Shown here piece by piece: positions 63,737 to 64,000 of a DNA stretch of 64,000 bases. The stretch spans positions 64,418,001 through 64,482,000 of the forward strand of contig NC_043004.1 of assembly GCF_006345805.1 (NCBI RefSeq), written 5' to 3'. The notes beneath the pieces were generated by a model. It did not search any database. It worked only from the letters and a program-made list of their open reading frames with translations, and had not been told where the DNA came from. Numbering within the stretch: the stretch's first letter is position 1; each line of letters opens with the position of its first letter. The DNA comes from Octopus sinensis (Eukaryota). Position numbers and translations under genes: made by a program.

Positions 63737-64000
63737 GTTCTTCAACAGCCTGTACAACTACTACTGAAAATGTTATAAGTGTTAAGATGGTTGTTACAGA
63801 AGTTGCTGTTGTTGTTCTTAGTCTTGTTGTTATTGTTGTTACTGTTGTTAAAAAATTTCTGTGATAATAGTTATAATAATTGATAAATAATTGCCACATG
63901 GATGCACCCTGGTCAAATGGTCAAGCAGTTTGCTTTACAATCACAAGGTCCTAGACTCAATTTCAGTGCATGACGTCTTGAGCGAGTGTCTTTCACCACT

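Overview
Eukaryotic, AT-rich, microsatellite-dense genomic DNA. The repeat landscape looks to me like a coleoid cephalopod (Octopus-like) genome; this is recall, not a database result. Nearly all ORFs in the track are translations of (TA)n, (TG)n, (CAC)n or (GAT)n repeats. Recognisable protein-coding sequence is all transposon-derived: a 5'-truncated but uninterrupted CR1-type LINE RT frame (27956-29503), RTE fragments, a Penelope-like RT fragment and a mariner N-terminus. Other mobile DNA: five interspersed SINE-like families (labelled A-E here), two non-autonomous Helitrons, three Helentron/HINE-like copies and MITE/foldback elements; there is one 100-N gap. The most notable signal is a set of nine type-I hammerhead-ribozyme-like motifs in at least five unrelated short elements, several embedded in TA microsatellites. 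One (16824-16920, minus) is fully canonical and lies about 150 bp from the Penelope RT remnant; others occur as a tandem pair, a 730-bp palindrome, or under an antisense hairpin. Also notable: a SINE/LINE shared 3' hairpin with compensatory changes, and candidate plus-strand micro-exons suggesting the window may be intronic. Boundaries of degenerate repeats are approximate (about +/-10-20 bp), and all folds and alignments were done by eye.
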